Positions 9,045 through 18,220 of a stretch of DNA of 64,000 nucleotides are shown piece by piece (positions within the stretch are counted from its first letter, which is position 1; each line of letters begins with the position of its first letter). A model generated the notes under the pieces. The model was given only the letters and a program-made list of their open reading frames with translations. It ran no database searches and had not been told where the DNA came from. A program made the translations under genes and the position numbers. Source of the stretch: an uncultured delta proteobacterium (GTDB lineage Bacteria > Desulfobacterota > BSN033 > UBA1163); contig CAVTZZ010000036.1 of NCBI GenBank assembly GCA_963739325.1, forward strand, positions 1,777 through 65,776, in the 5' to 3' direction.

Positions 9045-9060
9045 AAAAATGGAGAATTCG

Positions 9061-10083
9061 ATGAAGAAGGATAAGTACAATGTGGCCGTGGTAGGGGCAA
9101 CCGGTGCGGTCGGAAATGAGATGGTTGCCATTCTGCAGCAGAGAAACTTTCCCGTGGACAACCTAAAACTTCTTGCCTCCACAAGAGGTGCAGGCACGAG
9201 GATAGAGTTCAAAGGAAAGTCCCATGCGGTACAGGTGTTGGACGAGAACTCCTTTTCCGGAGTAGATATCGGCCTCTTTTCTCCAGGAGGTTCGGTGAGT
9301 GAAAAATTTGCGCCTATCGCTGGCAAGGCAGGCTGTGTGGTCATTGACAACACCAGCGCCTTCCGGATGGACCCTGAAGTCCCTCTGGTGGTACCAGAGG
9401 TGAACGCCCATGCGATTGCCCAATATTCAAAAAAGAATATTATTGCAAACCCGAATTGTTCAACGATCCAGATGGTCGTCGCTCTGAAGCCCATCCATGA
9501 TGTGGCACGGATTAAACGAGTTGTGGTCTCAACTTACCAAGCCGTTTCAGGTACCGGAAAGAGGGCGATCAAAGAATTGGAGTTACAGGTCCTTGCCATC
9601 TATAACCAGCAGGAGATCAAGAAGGAGGTCTATCCCCATCAGATCGCTTTCAACTGCCTCCCCCACATCGATGTCTTCTTTGATAATGGTTACACGAAAG
9701 AAGAGATGAAGATGGTCAATGAGACAAAGAAGATTATGGAGGATAATTCGATCGGTGTGACGGCCACCACAGTGAGGGTGCCGGTTTTCTATGGCCATTC
9801 GGAATCGGTCAATATCGAAACGGAGAAGAAATTGACAGCCCAAGAGGTGAGGGAGATTCTCTCGAAGGCACCGGGCGTGGTCGTCGTGGACAATCCCAAA
9901 AAGTTCGAATATCCTCTGGCCATTCATGCAGCAGGCAAAGACGAAACCTTTGTCGGAAGAATCCGGGAGGACGAGTCAATCCCGAATGGAATTAATATGT
10001 GGATCGTTTCGGACAATATCCGGAAGGGCGCTGCACTCAATGCCGTCCAGATCGCCGAGATCCTGATTCAGAAATATTTATAA
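9061..10083 (+). CDS. asd: Aspartate-semialdehyde dehydrogenase
   Basis: MKKDKYNVAVVGATGAVG (NAD(P) fold), IIANPNCSTIQ (active-site Cys) and VRVPVFYGHSE. The start is placed at the ATG preceded by GGAG; the ORF opens at 9049. Confidence 0.93.
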   Translation: MKKDKYNVAVVGATGAVGNEMVAILQQRNFPVDNLKLLASTRGAGTRIEFKGKSHAVQVLDENSFSGVDIGLFSPGGSVSEKFAPIAGKAGCVVIDNTSAFRMDPEVPLVVPEVNAHAIAQYSKKNIIANPNCSTIQMVVALKPIHDVARIKRVVVSTYQAVSGTGKRAIKELELQVLAIYNQQEIKKEVYPHQIAFNCLPHIDVFFDNGYTKEEMKMVNETKKIMEDNSIGVTATTVRVPVFYGHSESVNIETEKKLTAQEVREILSKAPGVVVVDNPKKFEYPLAIHAAGKDETFVGRIREDESIPNGINMWIVSDNIRKGAALNAVQIAEILIQKYL

Positions 10084-10112
10084 AAATCTTGTTCCATTTC
10101 AAAAGTATCTGA

Positions 10113-10143
10113 AAAGGCCGACCTTTGGATCGGCCTTTTTTAT
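10113..10143 (+). terminator. Rho-independent terminator after asd
   Basis: AAGGCCGA-N9-TCGGCCTT followed by a T-run. Confidence 0.7.
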
Positions 10144-10261
10144 TAATCTTATATGAAATACGACCATGCCCCATGGTCTTTATCATTTTTTGACAGGATA
10201 TGCATTGGAGTATTAAAATGCCTCTATACCTGAAAAAGTTAGGAAAATAGGACATCAAAAG

Positions 10262-10984
10262 ATGTATGAAAAACGGACCTATCGAAATTTGGTCAAGACC
10301 GATGATCTCGTCAAATTTGAGGTCATTGTTAAGGAGACAGACCTTCTTGTTCGGGCAGAGAGGGATCTTTCCAATGAGACCAGAGAATCGGTATTGAAAT
10401 ATCGTCATCAACTCGAAACCTATATCGAAGCAAACCCTGAGTTCCAAAGGAGCCTCATTCCCCTGAAGGATGATTCTTATGCCCCGGAGATCGTTCGAGA
10501 GATGATCCGAACCTCTCAGTTGGCTCAGGTAGGCCCGATGGCGGCTGTGGCTGGAGCCATGGCAGAATTTGTTTCCAAAGATCTGTTCCCCATCTCAAAA
10601 GAGGTGATCGTTGAGAACGGTGGGGATATCTATCTCGCTACCTCAAGAGAGCGCACCATCGGAATCTATGCTGCTGATTCTCCTCTCAGCCTTAAAGTAG
10701 GGGTTGTGATCAGCCCCAAAGATTCCCCTCTTGGCGTTTGTACCTCTTCAGGAACGGTTGGTCCCTCCCTCAGTTTTGGAAAGGCAGATGCTGTCTGTAT
10801 CCTCTCCAAATCTGCAGCGCTTGCCGATGCTGCAGCCACATCGGTTGGAAATATCGTCAAGGAAAAGAAAGATGTCGAATTGGGTCTGGAGAGAGGAAAA
10901 GAGATCGAGGGAGTTTCAGGAGTGCTCATCATCGTTGGGGAAAAGATGGGCGTCTGGGGAAATGTGAAACTGATACAGCTTTGA
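10262..10984 (+). CDS. UPF0280 / ApbE-like family protein
   Basis: 240 aa. The MYEKRTYRN... N-terminus and the Ala/Gly-rich core (PMAAVAGAMAEFV, ENGGDIY) resemble the UPF0280 family as I remember it. This is not verified. Confidence 0.5.
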   Translation: MYEKRTYRNLVKTDDLVKFEVIVKETDLLVRAERDLSNETRESVLKYRHQLETYIEANPEFQRSLIPLKDDSYAPEIVREMIRTSQLAQVGPMAAVAGAMAEFVSKDLFPISKEVIVENGGDIYLATSRERTIGIYAADSPLSLKVGVVISPKDSPLGVCTSSGTVGPSLSFGKADAVCILSKSAALADAAATSVGNIVKEKKDVELGLERGKEIEGVSGVLIIVGEKMGVWGNVKLIQL

Positions 10985-10991
10985 GTACATT

Positions 10992-11105
10992 AGAATTCAG
11001 AAGTCAGTAGCCAGAATCCAGAATAGAACCGATCAAATTTTGGAAATCCTTTGTGGACTTTTTTCCATTCTGGATCCTGACTTCTGGATTCTGGATTCTT
11101 GAATT
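10992..11105. repeat. Stuttered hairpin locus 4
   Basis: AGAATTC-AGAAGTC-AGTAGCC-AGAATCC-AGAATAG opposed to CATTCTGGATCCTGACTTCTGGATTCTGGATTCTTGAATT. Confidence 0.75.
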
Positions 11106-11111
11106 AAAGAT

Positions 11112-12449
11112 ATGACGACCATTTCCGTAGTCACCCTTGGTTGTAAGGTCAATCAATTTGAATCTGAGGCCCTCATGAGTGCCTTGGAACAGAGGGGGTA
11201 TGGTCTCGTCCCCTTTGGAGAAGGGGCGGATATTACGATTATCAACACCTGTACGGTCACTCATCGGGCTGACTTTCAATCGAGACAGATGATCCGAAGG
11301 GCTTTCCGTTCCAATCCAAACTCCCTGATCATCGTCACCGGATGTTATTCACAGGTAGAGCCTGAGGTGATGAAAAAGATCGAGGGAGTTCAATACCTTT
11401 TTGGAAATAAAGAAAAGGGTCAAATTCCTGAGCTTCTTCCCCTGATGCAAAAAGGCGAACTTCCACAAATTCAAGTTTCAGATATTCAGGAGGAGACGGT
11501 TTTTCGAGATATTCCTCTCCACTCTTTCCATCATCACACTCGGGCCTTCCTAAAAATTCAGGATGGCTGCAATGCCCGTTGCTCTTACTGCATCGTCCCT
11601 CATGCCAGAGGTCCATCGAGAAGCCTCTCTCCGGAGAAGCTCATCGAACATCTGAGGGTCTTGAAGGAAAAGGGATTTAAAGAGGCTGTGCTTACTGGAA
11701 TCCATATCGGCTCATATGGGTTGGACCTTACTTCTCCCTTCCCTTTAGAGACACTGCTCAAACGAATCGAAGAGGAGGAGACTCCTGATCGCATTCGGCT
11801 CAGTTCAATCGAGCCATTGGATTTTTCAGCCGATCTTATCTCCTTTCTCTCCCGATCGACCAAGGTCTGCCCTCATCTTCACATTCCCCTCCAGAGCGGA
11901 GACGATGAGATTCTAAGAAGGATGAATAGAGATTATAATCGTTCTTTCATCTCCAGTCTCATCCAAGAACTCCATCAGAAGATTCCAAAACTTGCAATCG
12001 GTGGGGATGTGATCGTCGGATTTCCAGGGGAGACAGAAGAGAAGTTTGAACGTACCTATGAGTTGATTGAATCCCTCCCTTTTTCTTATCTCCATATCTT
12101 CCCCTTTTCAAAGAGAAAGGGAACACCTGCCTCCCAATTTCCACAGAGAGTAGATGAGGCAGTGATTAAAAGGAGGGCCGAGAAGATGAGGGAGTTAGGG
12201 AAACAGAAACGCCAGGCCTTCTATCGTCAGTTTCTTCATCAGGAGTTGAGGGTTCTGGTTGAGGATCGCAAAGAAAAAGAGACTGGAAGATGGAAAGGAT
12301 TTTCACGCAACTACATCTCTGTATTCCTCTCTTCCGAAAGTGTCTCCCAAGAAAACCCAAATTGGATCAACCAGGAATGTCCGGTCATGGTGACTGAATT
12401 GACTGAAAATGGCGTGGTCGGAAGCCTGGTGGAGAGGTCGTATGGATGA
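11112..12449 (+). CDS. mtaB: MiaB-like tRNA methylthiotransferase (MtaB type), radical SAM
   Basis: UPF0004 N-domain (VVTLGCKVNQFESE, IINTCTV), radical-SAM CNARCSYC, and a C-terminal TRAM-like region. Confidence 0.82.
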   Translation: MTTISVVTLGCKVNQFESEALMSALEQRGYGLVPFGEGADITIINTCTVTHRADFQSRQMIRRAFRSNPNSLIIVTGCYSQVEPEVMKKIEGVQYLFGNKEKGQIPELLPLMQKGELPQIQVSDIQEETVFRDIPLHSFHHHTRAFLKIQDGCNARCSYCIVPHARGPSRSLSPEKLIEHLRVLKEKGFKEAVLTGIHIGSYGLDLTSPFPLETLLKRIEEEETPDRIRLSSIEPLDFSADLISFLSRSTKVCPHLHIPLQSGDDEILRRMNRDYNRSFISSLIQELHQKIPKLAIGGDVIVGFPGETEEKFERTYELIESLPFSYLHIFPFSKRKGTPASQFPQRVDEAVIKRRAEKMRELGKQKRQAFYRQFLHQELRVLVEDRKEKETGRWKGFSRNYISVFLSSESVSQENPNWINQECPVMVTELTENGVVGSLVERSYG

Positions 12450-13179
12450 GAAGAGATTAGCCTCATTAAAGGAATTGGAGGGGCGTCTCAGTTACCAATT
12501 TAATGAGATCGGATTGCTGGATAAAGCATTTACCCATCGGTCTTTTATCAATGAAACAGATTCCTCGGGGAAACAGTCCAATGAAGTCTTGGAATTTCTT
12601 GGCGATGCTGTCCTCAACCTTGCAGTGAGTCGTATGCTCCTCCAGAAATTTCCAGAGGCTCGAGAAGGAGCCCTTTCGATATGGAGGTCACATCTCGTCA
12701 AACAGAGCTCTCTTGCATTCCTTTCGAGGGAACTTCGTTTGGAAGAACATCTCCTCCTCGGAAAGGGAGAACTGCTCAATGGCGGGATGGAAAAATCCTC
12801 TATCTTGGCCAATGCCTATGAAGCCTTAATTGGGGCCATCTTCATGGATTCAGGATTCCATCGAGCCTTAGAAATCATCCAAGGTCATCTCGAACCCTAT
12901 CTCCAAACTCAAACTCCATCGGTACTATTTAATGATTATAAAAGCCTTCTCCAAATACATTCTCAACAGTTTCATGGATCCTCTCCTCAATATAAAGTTT
13001 TGAAAGAGTCCGGCCCAGACCATGATAAACGATTTCAGGCCTCTGTGGTCATCAGTGGCGAAGTCAAGGGAATCGGATGGGGAAGGACCAAAAAAGAGGC
13101 AGAGCAGGAAGCCGCCCAAAAAGCCCTAGAAGAGCTTAAATTGTCAAATGACAAAGTTCAAAGTTCAAATGAAATCTAA
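12442..13179 (+). CDS. rnc: Ribonuclease III
   Basis: NEVLEFLGDAVLNL (RNase III signature), ANAYEALIGAIF, and a C-terminal dsRBD (GPDHDKRF...KKEAEQEAAQKAL). The start is placed at the MDEKRL ATG and overlaps the mtaB stop. Confidence 0.92.
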   Translation: MDEKRLASLKELEGRLSYQFNEIGLLDKAFTHRSFINETDSSGKQSNEVLEFLGDAVLNLAVSRMLLQKFPEAREGALSIWRSHLVKQSSLAFLSRELRLEEHLLLGKGELLNGGMEKSSILANAYEALIGAIFMDSGFHRALEIIQGHLEPYLQTQTPSVLFNDYKSLLQIHSQQFHGSSPQYKVLKESGPDHDKRFQASVVISGEVKGIGWGRTKKEAEQEAAQKALEELKLSNDKVQSSNEI

Positions 13180-13336
13180 ATGACCAAGGTCAAAGCTCAT
13201 CCTTCGCCAAGGTCAGGATGGTGCTGTCCTGAAAAGAATTATGTATGAACAAATCATGGTGAGCCTGTCGAACCATGAAATTTGGAATTTGACATTGATT
13301 TGACATTTGGATTTTGAAATTTGACATTTGAGGTCT
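13141..13336. repeat. Stuttered hairpin locus 5 (starts inside the rnc 3' end)
   Basis: GTCAAATGACAAAGTTCAAAGTTCAAATGAAATCTAAATGACCAAGGTCAAAG opposed to AAATTTGGAATTTGACATTGATTTGACATTTGGATTTTGAAATTTGACATTTGAGG. The central hairpin is TCAGGA-N8-TCCTGA. Confidence 0.7.
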
Positions 13337-13337
13337 T

Positions 13338-14396
13338 ATGATCCCATTAATTATTCCCATTTTCCTTCCCAATCTGGGTTGTCGCGAACACTGTCTTTTC
13401 TGCAATCAAAAGGCAACGGCAGAAGGACCCCCATCCCCATCTTCCGTTCGGAGTTTCATCGGAGCCTCTCTTAACAATCTTCCCTCAGATAAAAAGTATA
13501 GAGAGAAACAGGTTGCTTTCTACGGTGGGAGTTTTACCGCAATCGCTAAAGAAGACCAAACCTGTTATTTAAAAGAGATTCAACCCTTCATCAATTCTGC
13601 TTTGATCGATTCGATTCGTATCTCCACTCGGCCTGATGCCCTTGACGAAGAAATCCTTGACCTACTTAAAGAGTATGGAGTAAAGACCGTAGAGCTTGGA
13701 ACTCAATCGATGATCGACGAAGTTCTCCTTCTTTCCAAGAGAGGCCATTCTTCAGAGGATACCATCTCTGCTATCTTACGATTAAAACAATGGGATATTG
13801 AGGTAGGTATTCAACTAATGATTGGGCTTCCGGGTGATACTTTCGATCGTTTCCTACAGACCCTCGATCGGATCATCGAACTCAAACCCGATTTCGTCAG
13901 GATTCATCCAACACTCGTGCTCAAGGGAGCCCTTCTCGAAAACCTCTGGAGGGTAGGAGAATATTCTCCAATATCTTTGGATGAGGCGATTCAATGGCTT
14001 AAAAAAGGAATCCTCAAATTAGAGAGCGCGGCCATTCCAGTAACCCGAGTTGGACTTCAGCCAACCAGGGATTTAGAAAGAAACCTCCTTGCAGGGCCTT
14101 ATCATCCCGCCCTTCATCAACTCGTCGATTCAGAAATCTTTTTTGATATGGCAAAACGTCTTCTTCAAATCTCTTCGAATGGATCTCAAGCTTTCTTTCA
14201 ATGTAATCCCAAAGAGGTCTCAAATCTTCGGGGACAGAAAAACGAGAATATTTTGAGACTAAAGGAGCACTTCAAACTCAGCGAGATCCTCATTCGTGAA
14301 AGAAAGGAATTGCCAAGAGGATGTCTTGTGATTCAGACCCAATCAGGAGAGGTTTCGATTCAAAGGGGCGAAAAAGGGGCAAGTTCTCTTTTTTAA
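13338..14396 (+). CDS. Radical SAM protein, ELP3-like family
   Basis: IPIFLPNLGCREHCLFCNQ (CxxxCxxC next to the N-terminus) and a TIM-barrel-like remainder. Confidence 0.7.
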   Translation: MIPLIIPIFLPNLGCREHCLFCNQKATAEGPPSPSSVRSFIGASLNNLPSDKKYREKQVAFYGGSFTAIAKEDQTCYLKEIQPFINSALIDSIRISTRPDALDEEILDLLKEYGVKTVELGTQSMIDEVLLLSKRGHSSEDTISAILRLKQWDIEVGIQLMIGLPGDTFDRFLQTLDRIIELKPDFVRIHPTLVLKGALLENLWRVGEYSPISLDEAIQWLKKGILKLESAAIPVTRVGLQPTRDLERNLLAGPYHPALHQLVDSEIFFDMAKRLLQISSNGSQAFFQCNPKEVSNLRGQKNENILRLKEHFKLSEILIRERKELPRGCLVIQTQSGEVSIQRGEKGASSLF

Positions 14397-14422
14397 AGAT
14401 TAGAACAACCCCTTTGTTATTC

Positions 14423-15220
14423 CTATTTGCCAAGCAATCCCTTTACCTTGTCGAGAACCTTCCCCCCTTCAGTCCCCTTGACGACAGATTCCACTTGCTT
14501 TTTTGCACCTTCGGTCGCTTCTTCTAAGTTCGTTCCCAGTGCCTTTAGTTCCTTATTCAGGGTATCGGTTACGGCAGAGGAAGTGATCTTTCCGTAGAGT
14601 GCCGCTAATATCTCCTCGGATACCTTGGCAGGTGATGCACCTCCTTTTTCGCCTCCTATATTCTTAAGATGGATATCCGGAAGTGCTACACTTATGCTTT
14701 TGCTCCCAAGGAATGCCGTGACGAGGGACACCTTCCCATCTTTTAAAACGAAATCTCTGATCAGCAATTTTTTGCCCTTCCCTTCCTCCTTTGATTTTTC
14801 TTTAGGAGACTCATCCATGCCCGCAGTTTTTTGAACATTGTCGATGATGGCCCTAAAGTTATCTGTACCTTTCGCCTTCTCATAGGTGATTTCAGGACCG
14901 GTAATCTCAATCCTGTCAATAATCATTGGGTCTTTCATCAGCGACTTCTCGTCAACATTCACGAAGATGGATCTCACTTTCATGGCTTCTGGTGACTTGA
15001 ATCCCTTTGGATTACCGAGATAAAACCCTTTGAGCTTAGCCTCCCCAGAAAATATCGATACACTCACATCTTCCAGGCGTACATCGGTTTTGGTTATGCC
15101 GGGACCGTAGGTATTCACTGCAGTCTTGATCAAGGGACCGATATTCGAAATCCCTATCACAAGGATGAGGATGATGATAACGATGACAGCCCCACTACCT
15201 ATAAGAATCCATTTTTTCAT
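14423..15220 (-). CDS. Membrane-anchored hypothetical protein (AsmA/DUF748-like N-terminus)
   Basis: 265 aa with an N-terminal TM helix, then repeated beta-rich segments and a Lys/Glu-rich linker. The family assignment is tentative. Confidence 0.4.
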   Translation of the reverse strand: MKKWILIGSGAVIVIIILILVIGISNIGPLIKTAVNTYGPGITKTDVRLEDVSVSIFSGEAKLKGFYLGNPKGFKSPEAMKVRSIFVNVDEKSLMKDPMIIDRIEITGPEITYEKAKGTDNFRAIIDNVQKTAGMDESPKEKSKEEGKGKKLLIRDFVLKDGKVSLVTAFLGSKSISVALPDIHLKNIGGEKGGASPAKVSEEILAALYGKITSSAVTDTLNKELKALGTNLEEATEGAKKQVESVVKGTEGGKVLDKVKGLLGK

Positions 15221-15461
15221 AATTTTCCCTCCCTTCTTAGGACTGAAAGATCTCTCTCGTAATCGTTAAATGGTTTCGATAACCTTGCCACTTCAGCCAT
15301 CGCGACTTCAAGAGCACAGTTGTAACCCAAAAGATTTCTACTTGAACGACCTTGTTCTAGGCGCGGCAATCAGTGTATGCTTGGAACATTTATTTATTCT
15401 ATGAATGGAGATATTTTATTTTGAAAAAAGGAGGGTGTCAATAAATATTGCTAAGAATTCA

Positions 15462-15490
15462 TTGAAATCAATAGATATCTTCGGTATAAT
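15462..15490 (+). promoter_or_regulatory. Near-consensus sigma70 promoter for rlpA
   Basis: TTGAAA (15462-15467), a 17-nt spacer, TATAAT (15485-15490), about 60 nt upstream of the rlpA ATG. Confidence 0.5.
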
Positions 15491-15553
15491 CGCACTACTT
15501 TGATGATTATCCCGAATTGATCATTCTCGGAGAGCTCTTCCAAGGAGTACTAC

Positions 15554-16261
15554 ATGAAGAGAATTTTTTTTATAGTCTTCTGTTTCTTGTTGATAGCTTG
15601 TGGATCGAAGCATCGCATCATCATTGAAAGAGAGAAGCCTCTTCCTGAAAAAAAAGAGGTGGTGAAGGAGGAGAGCAAGGAAGAGAAGCCGGCTTCTCCA
15701 GAAAAGATTGAGAAGAGGGAGAGCAAAGGGGTTCAATATGGGATTGCCTCCTGGTACGGAAGCGATTTCCATGGAAAACCAACCTCAAGTGGGGAAATCT
15801 ACGATATGTACCAACTCACCTGTGCCCATAATACCTTTCCTCTGGGCACCACGGTGATGGTCACCAATCTGGAGAATGGGAAATCCCTTGAGCTGAAAGT
15901 GAATGACCGGGGCCCTTTTGTTAAGGATAGGATCATCGACCTTTCCTATGCCGCCGCCAAGATTTTAGGAATGTGGGAAAAAGGAACGGCTTATGTCAAA
16001 GTAGAGGTCTTCGGTCCGTTGATCGAGCAAATTCAGCGATTCACCTTACAAGTGGGTTCCTTCATCGATGAAACCAATGCCAAGAAATTAGCTGATGAGT
16101 TGAAAAAAAGTTTTGAGAATGTCTACGTGACGACTGTGGAGACTCTCACCGAGAAATATCATCGGGTCAGAGTGGGACAATTCGAAACCAGGGAATCGGC
16201 CTTAAGCATAGCAGAAAAACTCTCCCAGATGGGCTTCAAGGTATTGGTGACGAGCCGGTAA
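15554..16261 (+). CDS. rlpA: Septal ring lytic transglycosylase RlpA (DPBB domain + SPOR domain lipoprotein)
   Basis: Lipobox LLIACG. GIASWYGSDFHGKPTSSGEIYDMYQLTCAHNTFPLGT...VNDRGPF (RlpA DPBB). C-terminal SPOR-like FTLQVGSF...YHRVRVGQF. Confidence 0.9.
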   Translation: MKRIFFIVFCFLLIACGSKHRIIIEREKPLPEKKEVVKEESKEEKPASPEKIEKRESKGVQYGIASWYGSDFHGKPTSSGEIYDMYQLTCAHNTFPLGTTVMVTNLENGKSLELKVNDRGPFVKDRIIDLSYAAAKILGMWEKGTAYVKVEVFGPLIEQIQRFTLQVGSFIDETNAKKLADELKKSFENVYVTTVETLTEKYHRVRVGQFETRESALSIAEKLSQMGFKVLVTSR

Positions 16262-16268
16262 TGAGAAT

Positions 16269-16368
16269 AAGCACCAAATTCCAAGCACCAATCCATGAAG
16301 TAATTAGGTCACTAAGTCATTAGTCATTAAATGATATAATTACTTAGTAACTTAATAACCTAAGGACT
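16269..16368. repeat. Stuttered hairpin locus 6
   Basis: AAGCACC-AAATTCC-AAGCACC-AATCC, then GTAATTAGGTCACTAAGTCATTAGTCATTAAATGATATAATTACTTAGTAACTTAATAACCTAAGGAC. Confidence 0.7.
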
Positions 16369-16460
16369 AAAAAATGTTTGGCATTTAGAACATAGGTTGT
16401 GAAGGGGTAATTTTTCTTCTATAATGGTTTTAAAAACCTCGTCTTGAAAGGAATTTCGTT

Positions 16461-18095
16461 CTGAAGACCAAAACCATTCTCCTCGCCTCTCCCATTCTCT
16501 TCCTCATCCTTCTGGTAATCAATATTGTCTTTGTTGGTTCTCGACCTCCACAGAAGGTCAACCAATTGATCATCAGTTCGATCGGCGATGCCTCCTTTCT
16601 CAATCCTATCCTTTCTCAAGACTCAGCCTCCAGTGATATCAACGGTTTTATTTTCAACGGACTGATCAAGTATGACAGGGATCTTCAAAACTTAATTGGA
16701 GATTTGGCAGAGTCCTGGAAGGTCAGGGAAGGGCCTGAACCTGAGATTACCTTCTTCCTCCGAAAAGGAGTCTTCTGGCATGACGGAAAGGAATTCACTG
16801 CGCAAGACGTAAAGTTTACTTTCGATAAGATTATGGATGAGAAGACCAATACTGTCCGCCGAAGTAGCTATGAATTAGTAAAAAAGGCCGAGGTGTTGGA
16901 TCCATACACTTTCAGAGTCACCTATAAACAACCCTTCTCCCCGGGGTTAGAGAGCTGGGGGATGGGAATCATTCCAAAACACCTTCTCGAAAAAGAGAAT
17001 ATCAATACGACTTCGTTTAATCGTAAACCCGTTGGGACAGGTCCATTTCGTTTTGTAGAATGGATCACGGACGAAAAGATTGTTGTTGAAGCCAATCCTC
17101 AATATTTCGAAGGGAAACCAAAGTTGGATCGTATCATCTACCGGATCATTCCTGAAACCGCTCTCAGTGAGATGGAGATTCTCACACAAGGAATTGACTA
17201 TTCAGGCATCTATCCATACCAATTCCAACGAATGACCCAAACCCCATATCTGAAGACCTACTCCCAGCCGAGCCTTGGATATACTTATATTGGTTATAAT
17301 CTCAAAAATCCTTTCTTTCAGGACAAACGCGTCCGACAGGCATTCACTTATGCGATCAACCGTGAGGAGATTGTCCAATATGTCCTCTATGGTCTGGGCA
17401 CCGTGGCGAGCGGCCCTTTTCCTAACCATCTTTGGTATGCAAACCCCTCTGTGAAACCCATTCCATACGACCCAACAAAAGCCCGCCAACTCTTGGCTGA
17501 AGCTGGGTGGAAGGATACCGATGGAGATGGAATTTTAGAAAAAGATGGGAAACTCTTTCGTTTTACCCTCATTACCAACAGCGGTAACGACACCCGTCGG
17601 GATGTGGGCGTCCTGGTTCAGAGGCAGCTTCGGGAGATCGGGATCGATGCTAAATTTGAACTTTATGAATGGAGTGTCTTTCTTAAAGATTTTGTCAATG
17701 TAAAACACTTCGACGCCTGCATCCTTGGTTGGTCTCTCTCTGTGGATCCGGATGCCTATGAGATCTGGCACTCCAGCCAGATTGAGAAAGGGTTCAATTT
17801 TGTCTCCTATCGAAATCCTGAGATCGATCGCCTCTGGGAGGAAGGGAGACGCGAATACGACATCGAGAAAAGAAAACGAATTTATTGGCGGATTCATGAA
17901 TTGATGGCTGAAGATCAACCCTATACTTTTCTCTATGTCCCTTTGAGCATCTCTGCACTTCAGAAGAAATTTTCCCTCATGGAAAAAGACCGAACAGGCA
18001 GGGAGACACTCAATGAAATTAAAATGGAGAAAGCCGGTTTGATGTACGATCTTATCAAATGGTATGTACCGAGGGGGATCGTTTTAGAAAGATAG
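16461..18095 (+). CDS. ABC transporter substrate-binding protein, family 5 (peptide/nickel; OppA/DppA-like); the start is probably a CTG
   Basis: The track ORF begins at TTG 16566 inside the mature domain and has no signal sequence. The same frame is open back to 16434 and encodes (M)KTKTILLASPILFLILLVINIVFV from CTG 16461, with GAAAGGA 8 nt upstream. Confidence 0.85.
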   Translation: MKTKTILLASPILFLILLVINIVFVGSRPPQKVNQLIISSIGDASFLNPILSQDSASSDINGFIFNGLIKYDRDLQNLIGDLAESWKVREGPEPEITFFLRKGVFWHDGKEFTAQDVKFTFDKIMDEKTNTVRRSSYELVKKAEVLDPYTFRVTYKQPFSPGLESWGMGIIPKHLLEKENINTTSFNRKPVGTGPFRFVEWITDEKIVVEANPQYFEGKPKLDRIIYRIIPETALSEMEILTQGIDYSGIYPYQFQRMTQTPYLKTYSQPSLGYTYIGYNLKNPFFQDKRVRQAFTYAINREEIVQYVLYGLGTVASGPFPNHLWYANPSVKPIPYDPTKARQLLAEAGWKDTDGDGILEKDGKLFRFTLITNSGNDTRRDVGVLVQRQLREIGIDAKFELYEWSVFLKDFVNVKHFDACILGWSLSVDPDAYEIWHSSQIEKGFNFVSYRNPEIDRLWEEGRREYDIEKRKRIYWRIHELMAEDQPYTFLYVPLSISALQKKFSLMEKDRTGRETLNEIKMEKAGLMYDLIKWYVPRGIVLER

Positions 18096-18105
18096 AGTTA
18101 AACAT

Positions 18106-18207
18106 CAATGAAAATTGTAAAATGCAAATTGAAAAATTCAAATTGGTTGAATTAAACTGTTGAGCCTTTTTCATTTTGCATTGTTAATTTTGTAATTTGC
18201 ATTGAGG
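18106..18207. repeat. Stuttered hairpin locus 7 (opp binding-protein/permease spacer)
   Basis: CAATGAAAATTGTAAAATGCAAATTGAAAAATTCAAATTGG opposed to TTTTTCATTTTGCATTGTTAATTTTGTAATTTGCATTGAGG. Confidence 0.75.
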
Positions 18208-18220
18208 AATTTCAAAGATT

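Noticed and set aside
8979-9494. 171-aa minus-strand ORF overlapping asd
   Set aside because: It is a shadow ORF opposite a very well supported asd gene and has no motifs.
13205-13235. AGGTCAGG... stretch reminiscent of the SRP (4.5S) RNA conserved domain
   Set aside because: The GGAAGGAAGCAGCC-type continuation and the flanking helix are absent. It is only a 6-bp hairpin (TCAGGA/TCCTGA) in the loop of repeat locus 5.
13190-13405. 71-aa minus-strand ORF between rnc and the radical SAM gene
   Set aside because: It is encoded almost entirely by the stuttered hairpin (KIQMSNQCQIPNF...) and a REP-like VRQAHHD word. It is a repeat-derived artefact.
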